From contig OZ024744.1 in the NCBI GenBank assembly GCA_964016885.1, positions 33,728,001-33,792,000 of the forward strand: DNA of 64,000 bases. Direction: 5' to 3'. The position numbers were made by a program, and so were the translations under genes. Below are positions 41,908-55,500 of this stretch, piece by piece; the first letter of the stretch is position 1; each line of letters opens with the position of its first letter. The notes under the pieces were generated by a model. It was not told the DNA's origin and made no database searches. It was given only the letters and a program-made list of their open reading frames with translations. Source of the DNA: Eledone cirrhosa. Its lineage: Eukaryota.

Positions 41908-42099
41908 GTATAGGATTATCCTAGATGCAGTAATGGTTAATTACTACACTGGATAGAGTTGACGTACGGTAAGAGGTTACTCAACGAGTTATGGAAGAAT
42001 AGTTGAAGAAACTTAGTTCCTGATCCTTCTGTATTACGGAGTGTAGATAAAGAATGAATAATAACAGGTAGACATCATAAAAAGGTAATTTATTCCGTG

Positions 42100-42211
42100 T
42101 GCTTACAAATGTTTCCACGGTGGTTGTACAGCCTAGTTATGCTATGTGCAAATTTACAACTATTTGCAAAATTCAATTATCAAATGCTGTGACCACTGTA
42201 TCATCAGAGCA
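42100..42211 (-). ncRNA. Type I hammerhead ribozyme in the inverted pLTR
   Basis: rc: TGCT-CTGATGA-TACAGTGGT..ACCACCGTG-GAAAC-ATTT-GTA/AGCA. Confidence 0.8.
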
Positions 42212-42224
42212 GAATGGTAAAATG

Positions 42225-43715
42225 GAGGACGAAATTAATATTATTCTCTTGGCTAGAAAAACTATTATCAAGTTTGATAACTGCTACTGGGAACGTAAGG
42301 ACAGACCCACAAACTTCGACATTACCATGGGTTCCAACGACTCAGAGGAGGTCACGGATCTTGTGGGAATTTACATAGCCCACATATTACATAGTAAATT
42401 TAGTAATCTACAGGGGGGGGTATACAGAGATGACGGGCTCTTATTAGTTAATAACTTAAATAACCAAAATCTTGAAAGGCTACGGAAAAATATTAGAAAA
42501 TCTTTTAGTGAACTGGGTCTAAAAATAACGTACGAATACGATCTTAAAGTAGTAAATTTTCTAGACGTAACTCTTAATTTAAATACCGGACAGATACGAC
42601 CCTTCCACAAGATAAATGAGAACCTTACTTATATCAATTTTAACTCAAACCACCCACTTTCCATGATCAAATCGGTTCGCCGTAATATTTCTCTTAGAAT
42701 CTCTCGCCTGTCGTCTGACTCTGAGATTTTTAATGAACATGCTGAATACTATAATAATGCATTAAGGAATGCCGACCACCGGGATACAATAGAATACATT
42801 GATAAGAATCTCCATAACACACATAGCTCTACACGAAATCAAGGAATACGTAACCGGTGGACTAAAATACAAGCGCACACACGCAGTACCACCAGACATA
42901 CTAATAATAGAAAATCATCACCAAATAAATCACGTTGTAGAAAGTATATCTGGTATAATCCTATTTCTAATGCCTTGATTAGTACAAAACTATCTCTTTC
43001 ATTCTTTAAGTTAATCAACAAGCATTTCCCTAGTTCCCATAAATACAGTAAAATTCTGAACTCTGAAACTATTAGACTATCATACTCCACGGCACCAAAC
43101 CTTGAAGCATACATAAAAAAACTTAACTTAAAGCAATTAAACAACACTACAAAACAAAATATTTTGATAACAGATGGGCAGAACGTAATATCTGCCTTCC
43201 AACCACTAAATGGGAGACGGGTATTACACAACACACCTGTACTGCTATCACAACCTATCCATGGTATACCCGCTACCCACAACAAAGACTGTAACTGCCA
43301 TCTACCTGAAAGATGTCCATTGAAGAATGAATGCCTAAAGTCCAACATTGTTTACCAATGCACGGTTGAATCGAACGACCAGAAATGGTATTACATCGGG
43401 TCTACCACCACCTCGTTTAAATCTCGCTGGTACCGTCATCGATTCTCAATTAAACATCCTGATCACGGTTTTGTGATCACGCTCGCCAACAAGACCTGGC
43501 AACTCCGTGAACGCAACCAACAGGTCACCTTAAAATGGGATATACTTTCCAGCGCAAGTGCATATCGGAGTGGATCGAAGTACTGTAGGTTGTGTAACCT
43601 TGAACTCTTTTACATATTAAAATCCGAAAATAAACTACTTAACGATAGAATCGAACGATCATTATACTGCAACCACAAACCAAAAGCTAAATTCTCTCAC
43701 TATAAAATAACTTAA
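42225..43715 (+). pseudogene. PLE ORF: RT C-terminal half, Cys linker and GIY-YIG endonuclease (open frame)
   Basis: ITMGS, YRDDGL, VNFLDVTL, SNHP; CNC..CP...C; NIVYQC..YYIGST..FKSRW; CRLC. Confidence 0.92.
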
Positions 43716-44222
43716 CATTCGAACCCGTAACTATAACATTGCTTTCTAGCTAACCACCTTCTCTTCCCCCACACTACAAGACAATACTCTGCTTATCACT
43801 ATAAATGGTAACTTAGTGCAATTCGCAGATTACTACTACGAACCCAAAGTTCACCCACCCCATAGCTTTCGTCTGTCCCCTCTCTATCTCTCCCTCTATA
43901 TCCATTCCACTCTCTCTCTCTCGCCTTTGGCCTACCGCCCTCCCTCTCCACATCTATGAACCTGCCCTCTGGGGCAATAAATAATTCCAACCTTGACTAT
44001 CAACGCTTCGCTTAAGGTGGTCACTTTAAGAGTAACCAGTATAATAAAACCCCTACCATAACATTTTGATTAAGATATCTACAAACCACTCTCTCCTATT
44101 TCTCCAACCCCTGCATATCTTTCTCTCTCTCTTCTTCTCCCCTACTTTTCTCTCTTCCTTTTCTACTCTATCTTCTCCAATAACCTCACTTAAGGGTATT
44201 TACATTGTTCATTTTACCATTC

Positions 44223-44333
44223 TGCTCTGATGATACAGTGGTCACAGCATTTGATAATTGAGTTTTGCAAATAGTTGTAAATTTGCACATAACATAACTA
44301 GGCTGTACAACCACCGTGAAACATTTGTAAGCA
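44223..44333 (+). ncRNA. Type I hammerhead ribozyme in the 3' pLTR
   Basis: Mirror of 42100-42211. Confidence 0.8.
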
Positions 44334-44467
44334 CACGGAATAAATTACCTTTTTATGATGTCTACCTGTTATTATTCCTTCTTTATATATATATATATAT
44401 ATATATAGACGTGCATACATACATACATACATACATACATACATACATACATACATACATACATACA

Positions 44468-44501
<34 letters not shown>

Positions 44502-44517
44502 AATACATACATACATA

Positions 44518-45505
44518 GTTAGGCAGAGGCCTAACATCAGTCCAGACAACATTTGAATGTCGCATCATATCCCTCCGACATCTACCAATCTCAAAGCGTA
44601 GGAGCCCGTCTCTCGAGCAAGTCTATCTGCATGAAACACCTAGATGTAATAACAAGTGCAGACACTATAGAATTAACATCGAGGATATCACCCATGTCAT
44701 CAGCAGCTGTCCAAAGATGTCATCGCGGTACTATCTACCTATGAGGCATGATGTAGTGGCCAAAACACTGTACAATGCAATCCGTAGTAAATATAGCCCC
44801 GATAATAAACACATTAAAAGCTACAGCAATGTGGAAGACATACATGTACATAATATGAAAGAGTACTGGTGGAATGTTCCAGTAAAAACCCGAATAAAAT
44901 GCAGGCATAACAGACCAGATATTATGATACGGGACGGGAGAAGAAGGCATGCACATTATGGAAGTTAACTGCCCAGCAGATGCCAATATAATATCAAAGA
45001 TTAGCGAAAAAGAGAACATTTATGCAGAACTGATGAGAAATCTGCAGATACTCCACCCTGATTATACCTTCAGATTTATGCATATGATTATTGGGTCACT
45101 GGGGTATGTTAGTAACTGCCTCAATACAAATCTTGAGAAGCTAGGCTTCACAGGATCAGAAAGAACACAACTAGTTAGGAAATTACAAGTACAATTCATT
45201 AATGGAACAGTAAAAATATGTAAAACATTCCAAAAATGTTGCATCTAATAATTGCATATACACATGTACAGATACTAAGCATATACACATTCACACATAC
45301 AACTCAAAACATACACATGCACACATACAACTCAAAACATACACATCCACATATTCAATAACATCCATATCTACACATGCATGTAGACATACATACATAT
45401 CTACCTAGTTGATGTTGTGTAAATTCCAATGAGAGAGTCTTGTGTCTATGTTAGAAAACGACTCTCTCTCTATTGGTAAAACTTTGTGAAATTATAAAAC
45501 CAGAA
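44518..45505 (+). mobile_element. R4/Dong-like LINE 3' fragment (restriction-like endonuclease)
   Basis: THVISSC..RHDVVA, HNRPDIMI..MEVNCP, IIGSLG; (CATA)n on both sides. Confidence 0.82.
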
Positions 45506-45619
45506 CATACATACATACATACATACATACATACATACATACATACATACACACATACATACACACATACATACATACATACATACATACATACATACAT
45601 ACATACATGCATGCATAGA

Positions 45620-45653
<34 letters not shown>

Positions 45654-45743
45654 CATACATACATACATACATACATACATACATACATACATACATGCAT
45701 GCATAGATACATACATACATACATACATACATACATACATACA

Positions 45744-45775
<32 letters not shown>

Positions 45776-46031
45776 CAGACATATATCCTGCTTTCGCATT
45801 TATCTCTGTCTTGCTTTTCATTCCGTGGCATTCCCAGTCATTTCACACCTCAGACGCCGAGTCGCCATTTTGCTTTTCCGTTAAGATTCATTATTGTTAG
45901 CTTACATACTTCTATAATCAATTTCAACACTTATTCCTGTAATTGTTTCGAAATATACTCCAGTCTTCAGCAAACTCATTGTGTGTGTGTGTGTGTGGGG
46001 GGGGGGGGGGGTTGTTGCACGTGTTGAACGT

Positions 46032-46068
<37 letters not shown>

Positions 46069-46406
46069 CATACACACATACATACATACACACATACCTA
46101 CATACATACACACATACATACATACATACACACATACATACATACATACATACATTCACACATACATACATACATTCACACATACATACATACACACATG
46201 CATACATACACACATACATACATACATACACACATACATACATACATACATACATACATACATGCACACATACATACATACACACATACACACATACATA
46301 CATACATACACACATACATACATACATACATACATGTATACATACATACATACATACATACATACATACATACATACATACATACATACATACATACATA
46401 CATACA
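45506..46406. repeat. (CATA)n-rich microsatellite tracts
   Basis: Long imperfect runs at 45506-45772 and 46063-46406. Confidence 0.9.
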
Positions 46407-47002
46407 TGGTGGCTGCCAACTCGTTTTCGAGTACGGCCACTACTTTATATCCATGTAGGAGAACCCCTACCGATGCGCTGAACGAGTGTGACTTTTTAGT
46501 CCAGCCAGCCACTTGAAAACTCTGGTACAAACACTACACTTGTGACAGTTACTGACACATAGTGCTGGGCCCATGGTACCATGTGACGACAAGTGCAGAG
46601 AGATCTCCAGATATAAAGCAATGCCTGTGCCGTGAAGCTTTTATAGTGAGCAAAGGCACTGCACAAAGCCAGTCCCACTCTCTTAACCAAGATGATATTT
46701 ACCAAAAAGAAGAACAAGTCAACATCATTGAATACCATCAGGGTTGCAGGTGTTATATCAGAGTTTTCCCTCTCCTAGAATTCTGCATTGACAAAGGCTA
46801 AGGGGTCATCTCTCCCGGTGACTTTGGATGGCCATTGACTCTTAAGAGCTCCTTTGCCTTTTGACAGGTTTTGTTTTTAGTCCTGCAGGATGTCCAATGT
46901 CACCCTCCTCACCAAGAAACCTTGGTGGGGTTGCCAGTTTAGTCGCCAACGACCCGACCAAGGGACAGGTTGTACTGGGATACATGTTACCAGTAGCACC
47001 AA
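46407..47002 (-). mobile_element. Putative LINE (RTE-like) 5' leader fragment
   Basis: rc contains 'ctaggagagggaaaactctga', shared with 49880-49905; GC-richer island between (CATA)n runs. Confidence 0.4.
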
Positions 47003-47864
47003 CATACATACATACATTCATACATACATACATACATACATACATACATACATACATACATACATACATACATACATACATACATACATTTTTACTTACG
47101 TGGATATACTAGTGTTTCTCGTAGAGATATTTACAATGGCGCATATGGAGTAGCATCGTATGGATTCTTGGCATTCTATTCAATAATTTGGCAACCATAA
47201 CCTCACAGCAAAATTCCCTTTTTACTCTACACAGGTGTATCTTTATTAATATCACAGGTTTCACCTGGTTTTAATTTCTTAGAATTTATTCTCTTTATCT
47301 TTTTTTTATATGTTCTTGTCGAATGCATTATAAGAACACATTGTGAACATTGAATGGAGGAAATATATACACAAAAGGAAATATATAAAAATAGAATTTG
47401 TTTCAACACGCTGACACGGATGTATATAAGTGTGTGCGTGTGTGTATGTACATATGTATACATTTATATGTATAAGTATATAAATACAAACGTGCAAACA
47501 CTGACACACTTACAAACATACATACTCACAGATATACATTAACACATATACACATATAATGGCAGGGTGTAATTTACGTGAGATTTGGAAGCTATATATT
47601 ATATACAGGTCATGCTACACCACAGAAACCATCTTTTAAGCTTAGAATTCCAAATATTGATGTTGTTTTTGTTTAGCTTGACTCAACTCTGATTCCAACC
47701 ATAAGCACTTTAGGTGTATGTAGGCGTCACTTTAGGCGTATGTAGGATTACACCATTTTAATACTATCACTTCCTTATTGGTAGTGTGTAACTTGAGTGA
47801 GATTTGACTTCTATTTCTAGCAGATCAAGCAATAGCCTAATTTTTATAATTAGGGTTGGTTAGA

Positions 47865-48085
47865 TTCTGTCGAGACAAGATTTTTTGAGACTTCACTTTC
47901 CTGTTAAATTTTATGACGAATCGAAATACCTGTTAAGCCAAATTTTCTATTGAATCAAAATTCCTATTGAGTCGAATTTATTGTTGAACCGAGTTTCCTG
48001 TTGTATCAAGTTCCTTTTTGTGCCAGGTTATTTGATGAATCGACATTCCTATTGAGATTAGTTTTCTATTTGAGTCGAGTCTCCT
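47865..48085. repeat. Degenerate ~17-bp minisatellite
   Basis: Recurring 'ttcctgttgagtcgaat'-like unit. Confidence 0.55.
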
Positions 48086-48779
48086 TCTAAAGGCAATTCC
48101 GCTTTGGCTAGTCTGCTAAAACGCTTTCAAAAATGCACGGACATCATAGAATCTCAATCTTCTTTCCTCCCTTTTTAACTATGTGGCCTGAAGCCCGCGT
48201 CTTGCAAAGAAATTAACAATACAGACAGCTGTATATGTTTTCATTTCTTACAACGGAACATCTATATATAAATTTCAGCGACATCCGTCCGTCACACAAT
48301 ATGTGTTTATGTGAATGTATGTGTGTGTAAAAGGACGAGATGTGTATGTATGTGTTTGTGTAACTGTATGTGTATGTGTGTGTGTGTGAGTGTGTGTTTA
48401 TGTGAATGTATATGTATGTGTGAGAATATAGTGTATATTTTTGTGTGTCTGTGTTTGCACATTTATATTTATATACTCATACAAATAAATTTATACATAT
48501 GCACATACACACACGTACACACATATACACATACGCGTCAGTATGTTGAAAGAAATACTAGTTACCATATATTTCTAGCATATGCCCGAACAGATCAATG
48601 TAAAATATAAATGGTATTTGCATGATCCCGTAACTCCCTAGGGACATACGGTGTTGGGGGGGGGGGGGGGCATTTCTAAACCTGGTGGAGTTCATCCCTT
48701 TCCACGCCTGAATACAACAGATTTCTTCAATGGAAAGATAGAAAGTGAGAGAGGAAATGAGAAAGAGATATAGAGGGAG

Positions 48780-48940
48780 AATCGACTCCCAGTGCTAGAC
48801 TGGTACATTTTTTATCGACCTCGAAAGGATGAAAGGCAAATTTTCTCCTCGCCGGAATTTGAACTCCGAGAACAGAAAACAGAGACGAATACCGCAAAGC
48901 ATTCTATCTGACGTTCTAACATCTCTACTAATTCTCCGTT
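48780..48940 (-). mobile_element. Octopus-type tRNA-derived SINE
   Basis: 'tatcgacctcgaaaggatgaaaggcaaa...ggaatttgaactc'. Confidence 0.75.
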
Positions 48941-49335
48941 TTGAAAAGGTTCTATACATGAAAAAAACAAATAAATAAAATTTAAATATATATATATATT
49001 GTTTTATTTATTCTTTATAATAATTTCAGCATATGTTGCAAAGTTGCAAAGATTTGCTAATATGTTTTCTTAATGAGTCATCGGATTTTAAATATTTTTT
49101 TCGGTATTTTTTTGGAAGAGAAAATTCACAAGAAATTAGCATATGGATGTTAGAAGTAAAAGCTACAAATATATTTTGAAAAAATAAACCCAGAATATTG
49201 CTGCAAAATTGCGTCATTTTAAACATATTATACGCATATATGCTTACAAACATAAGCATGCTCTGGCACAAATATACACACAAGCATATAAATACGCACA
49301 CACGTACACATACACACACACACACACACACACAT

Positions 49336-49411
<76 letters not shown>

Positions 49412-49414
<3 letters not shown>

Positions 49415-49906
49415 GCCTGCAATCTCATGTTATGAGTATTGCAATCGCTTGCCAGATTCACATGTTGTGACGCTCGGATATGGCTTTTCAAGCCTGCTAG
49501 AGACTTGCACTACTTCGCACATTGACAGCAACTATGGATCTCCCTGGCCTCAGGTCTTGCATCAGGTTGCCTGTGAACCTTCTCATGCCGCTTCAGTCCT
49601 ACTACAGATCGATATTCTTGGCCACATTCAGGTTCCAGAGTCCTTACTGCCATTGACTTCAAGGTCATCATTTATCATCATAGATTCTGACGCCCTTTTA
49701 GGCTACGGCCAGCCACACGAACCTGTAACAGATCCTGAACGAGCAATGCCTGTGCTTTGAAGGTTTTTAAGTTGGGTAGGCCTTGCACTCGACCAATTCC
49801 ACTCTCTGGGCATCGAAAACACTGCCCGAAAAAGAGAACCGGTCAACATCATCGGTTGCTTCCGTAGCCGCAAGTTTTTTTTTCAGAGTTTCCCTCTCCT
49901 AGAAAC
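49412..49906 (-). pseudogene. Retroelement-like fragment with degenerate C2H2 zinc fingers
   Basis: rc encodes GLKRHEKVH and CCQCAK*CKSLAGLKSHIRA downstream of the shared leader motif. Confidence 0.45.
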
Positions 49907-50572
49907 ATGTATATATATATATACATCAGGAAAGCCGACTTCCATTGTAATGTGGTGGTATTTGTATGTTTTCTGATGGTTGGGGAAGGTGGTGGTTTTA
50001 AGTCAGCTTTCATGATGTTATTGTTGTTATTGCTATTGCGGTAGCTGTTGTTGTTGTTGATCTTGGTCAAATGTCATGGTTTAGAGTCATGATAAAAGAC
50101 ATCCCAAAAGTGATCATCATATTTATTTTTTATTATTTCAGCATATTACATTCAATACTATATAAAGTTATTTGTAGTTAAAAAAGATTCTGTGCAAGAA
50201 GTCTAGAACTGGCTGTTGAAACTCCAAGAGTTCAGCCGTCGGGCCTCGACACTTTCTAATATATATATATATATATACAGATATGTGCATATATGTATGT
50301 ATCTATGTATATTTTTATATGTATATATATATATATGTGTGTGTGTATGTGTGTATGTGTGTATGTGTGTATGTGTGTATTTCGTTTTCTCACTAGTCAG
50401 TTCTTTTGTTGCTACAGATCACACGGCTAAATTAGCGGTCGCTATTTTCAATTTGCAAAACCCTTTAAACTGTATGCTATTACTCTGAGGTCTATTCCTT
50501 TTCGAGTGTTTGGCTCCACTACTGAAGGCATTCGTTGGCTTGGCTGCTGATCGAACTTCGAATATACTGTAC

Positions 50573-50617
<45 letters not shown>

Positions 50618-50832
50618 GATTGGTGCTCTGAAATAGCGATACATACATGAATGTATGTATAGTATATGAAAAGAAGTAAGTGACATAGTCACTACTTTAA
50701 AACTGATAGCGTAAGGTCTTCAAAATGTTTTTAATTAAGCATTCGGTATATTGCCAAATATACTATACATACATTCATATATATATATATATATATGCAT
50801 ATATATATTGGAAATTCTGCTTCGAGGGATAA

Positions 50833-50930
50833 AGACATGTCTGTAGAACTTGCGATTTCAGATTCACGTTTGATCCTCGCATCGATCGAACCTCCGAGCT
50901 TGTCGCCAGGGAAACGATTGTAATATGTCT
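50833..50930 (+). ncRNA. Degenerate hammerhead ribozyme (CTGTAGA core)
   Basis: AGACATGT-CTGTAGA-..-GAAAC-GATT-GTA/ATATGTCT, followed by AATAAA. Confidence 0.6.
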
Positions 50931-51317
50931 AATAAATTCTAACTCGTCGCATCACTGATTCTCCGTTTCTTATGTGATATTATACTCTGCTCTGTAAGAG
51001 CATCGAGTGCTCAAACGGCCTACCGCATACGGACTCTTTTAAGCATCCCACACCAAATATATATATATATATACTGTATCTATATTTATATATATATATA
51101 TTATGCAACACGTTTCATGCAAAAATAGAAAACAGTTTGGCTTGTTTATTGCATGGAAACACACACACATACATATACACTCCTTTCAAAGAATTACCAG
51201 TATTCAATGACAGCCCCACGGGGTGGAAGAAACAAATTCGTTAATTAACACAGCAAGCAAATTTAGTAATTAAGCAAATTATACAAATTTGGAATTTGAT
51301 GGTTTTCAAACTGATCG

Positions 51318-51450
<133 letters not shown>

Positions 51451-51604
51451 TATATACAACGATCAGTTTGAAAACCACCAAATATGTATATATATAAATA
51501 TATAAAACCATAATTAGATTAGATTCATTATAAAAGCCTTTGACTACATAGATTTCAACTGCGTAAATGAAAGTGATACGATTAGTTTTACTTGTAAAAA
51601 TTAT

Positions 51605-51709
51605 CATAAACCCCCACTGTCCCTGTCTTTGTATTGTCCCGTACATGTGGGCCCTTGTGGCTAATAAATGAAACAATTATTATTTTATTATCATTATTAT
51701 TATTATTAT

Positions 51710-51750
<41 letters not shown>

Positions 51751-51758
51751 ATTATTGC

Positions 51759-51794
<36 letters not shown>

Positions 51795-51815
51795 GTTGTT
51801 GCTGATGTTATTATT
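51605..51815 (+). mobile_element. Tx1-like LINE 3' end with (TAT)n/(TGT)n tract
   Basis: 'gcccttgtggctaataaa' terminus as in 57148-57165. Confidence 0.6.
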
Positions 51816-52327
51816 ACTTTCACAAAGACCTTCACCGTTTTTTTCTATTCCCCTTAACCCCCACCCTTCTTTAATTAACTGATTCTAATACAAAAACCAG
51901 TAAGCTAGCCAGCGTAAGTCTCACAACCAATCCACAAGACGGGTGATAGGTAGATTGTCTCTCTCTGTTGGGACACTGGCCGCTGTTCTCTGTCCTCAGG
52001 GGACATTTTTACCCATTGCTGTCTTTGACAGCATTTTAACGACTGTTCTAGCGAAGAGTTTCCTCATTTTTTATGTATTCAGGTTCTCTCTCGCTTCGAC
52101 TCGATCGAGGACAGCATTGTTTAAACCATATATATATAACAATTATAAGTGTGAAAAGGAAATAGACAAAAATATACCTAACGTTTCTTCAAAGTCCCGA
52201 CTGTACAGCCGACTGGTATGCAACCAGAGTGCATCTAAAGAACACTGGTGCTTGAGGTTAACGGATTGTTGAGAGACACCTCAATGGAAAGGCAATTTCT
52301 TGGACTGACGGCTACCAATCGGCAAAA

Positions 52328-52416
<89 letters not shown>

Positions 52417-52421
52417 ATGTG

Positions 52422-52481
<60 letters not shown>

Positions 52482-52576
52482 TTCCTAATGATTTCCTTCG
52501 AATGAAACAGTTCTAGTCCTGTAGAACCCATTTCTATATTAAATATATATAGTTTAAGGATTGTAATATATATAGT

Positions 52577-55500
52577 AAAGGCATTGAGGAGATCCCAGAG
52601 GTAATAGACCTCACTGACGGCAGCCACCTCACCGTAATCGTCGAGGGCAGAAGGCCTAGGTGTGTCGTTTGTGGTGAAGGAACCCACCTAAGGGCTTTCT
52701 GCCCAAGGCTAAAAGGTTGAGGCCATCTCTCTTACCCACCGCAGTGACTCAACCATCAACACCACCAGCAGCAGAGATGGCAGCAACAACTGTAGCAGCA
52801 ACAACAGAAGCAACTGTAACAGCAACAACCCCAGCAACAGTAGCAAAACCAACACCACCACCACCCACCGCGCCAGAACTAGCACCAGCGCCTACACCAT
52901 CCACCACGCCACAACCAAAACTAACGCCTGTGGAGGATTTTCCACTCCCCGGCCTATCACAACTGGAGACAGATTGTGACGACGAGGAGTGGGAAACGGT
53001 ATCAGGAAAAAAGAAAAAAAGAAACCAAAAAAGAAAAAATCCACTTCCTTCCCCCTCCAAAAACAAAATACAGAGGGAAACAAATAAATTATCAAACAAA
53101 AAAGTTAGGACAGATATGCCACCATCCACACCAGCATCACCAACCCCATCACCACAAACGCCAACACCATCACCATCATTAACCCCAACACCACCATCAC
53201 CTACACCACAAAAGTCACCAAAAAGCGAAACAGAAACAAACCCACAACAAACGCAAACAAATCAAAACAACCAAAACGATACACACTACACAGCATTAAA
53301 TTTGAACAACAACCAATTATTACACTACATCCAACACAACACCAGCATCACAGAAAAAGACTACACAACAACCCAAAAGTTCACACCACCTCCACACATA
53401 CAAATCACTCGCATCACACAGAAAACGTACACGACACTAAAACAAAAATTCCCCAAAGACATCGGGGACTTCCGACAAGCACTCTTCAGGAGGATTTATA
53501 AGGACATCCTTCCGGAGGAGGCCACAAGCAGTGAAAAGGATGGAGAAACCATCCTTCCTCTACGAGAAGTAAGGTAAGTAGTCTTTCACATCTTTTCCAC
53601 TCCATTTCAACATGACTTCACTCAGAATAGGTAGCATAAATGCGCGTGGCTTGGGGTCGTCATGGAAGCAGGGCGACCTGCTCAACGACCTCAAGTCACT
53701 AAACATAGTTGCAGTGGCTATCAGCGAGACCAGAATCTCCGAAGCACGGGCCTTCGCACCGATCTTCGGCGGCTACGATGTGTACGCATCTCCCAGCCGT
53801 CCGGGATCGGGTTGAGGAGTTGCTGTGCTTTCTCGGAGAGGTTTGGATCTCGCCATACGGGCCATCTTCATGGACCCAGAAGGTAAGTTGGTGGTGCTGG
53901 ACGTGACCAGCGGAGACGGGCAAGCTTTCAGGTTAGTCGCCGTCTATGCCCCGACAGGAGCAGGGCGGCCTGATTTCTTCCGGCGTCTGGAGACCTTTCT
54001 TGGAATGTCCCGCTCTTTAGTGTTAGTGGGCGACTGGAACAGGATCTTATGCACGCTGGGACTGTGTGGGATCAGCGGATAGGGGAGGAGGGTGCAAGAG
54101 CCTCACCAACCTGCTCAGGCGTTTTGAACTGTATGACAGGTACCGATTGGATTTCCCGAATGCGCCAATGTGGACTTGGACAAATCGCATAGGGTCATCC
54201 AGATCATATCTAGATAGAGTATTTTGTAGGCAAATAGATAGGTCTAGCATAGGCTGTCCACAATTCAAGATAGTCAGCTACACGGTCCACAAATTCGTGA
54301 TCTGTGTGCTTGACTTAGATATGCTTCATAGACGAGGACCCGGCTACTGGAAGCTAAACGCGTCCTTACCAGCGCGCAAGGCCTTCAGAGACCGGATTAG
54401 CGAACTAGTTAAGCGGGCGTTGACGGGGCCATCGTCAACAAGTGGTGGTTTGCTCTGAAAAGAGCAATTAGAATAGAGTCCATTAGGTTTAGTAAGGCTT
54501 TAGCAATAGAGAAAAATAGAGCAGAGGGAGAATTAGTTAGGAAATTAGACGAGGCGCTTAGCAAAGGCATCGCGACCGACGTACTTCCGGCGAAATTGGC
54601 CCTTGACCAATTCTTCAATGCATAGCACGAAGGCTGCGTTGTCAGAGCGAGGGTGCGTGCTCTCAGACACGAGGGGATGAAAGCCGTTCAATGGGCCCAA
54701 GTGGCGGAGGCGCGTCGTGGCAACAAAGCCACGATCCGGTCTTTGGTGGACCACGACGGGCGCATGCTACTCGATCCCAGGCAAATGTGTGAAGCTTTCC
54801 AGCGACACTTCGCCCAGCTGTTCGGAGGCAGCGGCGGGCCGAATCGAGGAATGGACTTTAGTGTCTACCTCGACGGACTGCCGCGACTCTCGACCACTGA
54901 GGCGGAGTGTTGCGAAAAGCCAATAACAGCCGCTGAAGTACGGGAGTCAATGACTGGCTGCACAAGGGGTAAATCGCCTGGTTTGGATGGTCTGCCCTAT
55001 GAACTTTACGTACAGATGCCAGATTTGTTCGGAGGCCTCTTGGCGGACGTTTACTGCAACTGGCAACAGAACGGGAGAATTCCCAGCTCTGTGAGCCGAG
55101 GAGCTGTGGTGCTGCTGAGAAAGGATCCGAACAAGGGGGATAACATAGATAATTTCAGGCCCATAACTCTGCTAAACACAGAGTTCAACATTTTGGCCAA
55201 GGTGCTAGCAAAGAGGTTGGCGCTTGTCGTTGGTGGTCTGGTGGGAGAGGCGCCGCCATGCGCCATTTCCGACAGATCCATCCACGACAATCTCCACTTC
55301 ATGCGATACATCGTAGAGAGGGTAGCTAGGGAACCTGGCACGGGTGGGTCCTTGATCAATTTAGATCAGTCGAAAGCTTTCGATAGGGTCCACCATCGTT
55401 ACCTAGCGACAGTCCTGAGGGCGGCTGGCTTTGGGCCCGTCTTCAGAGGCTGGATCGCTGCCATGCACAGCGACATCTGCTCCGTGGTGAGAGTTAACGG

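Larger units (their letters stand above)
41905..44380 (+). mobile_element. 5'-truncated Neptune-type PLE with inverted pseudo-LTRs
   Basis: 42057-42224 is an inverted copy of 44210-44377; (TA)n flanks. Confidence 0.9.

Noticed and set aside
42099-42224. N-terminal extension of the PLE ORF
   Set aside because: Read-through of the antisense pLTR across the inversion junction
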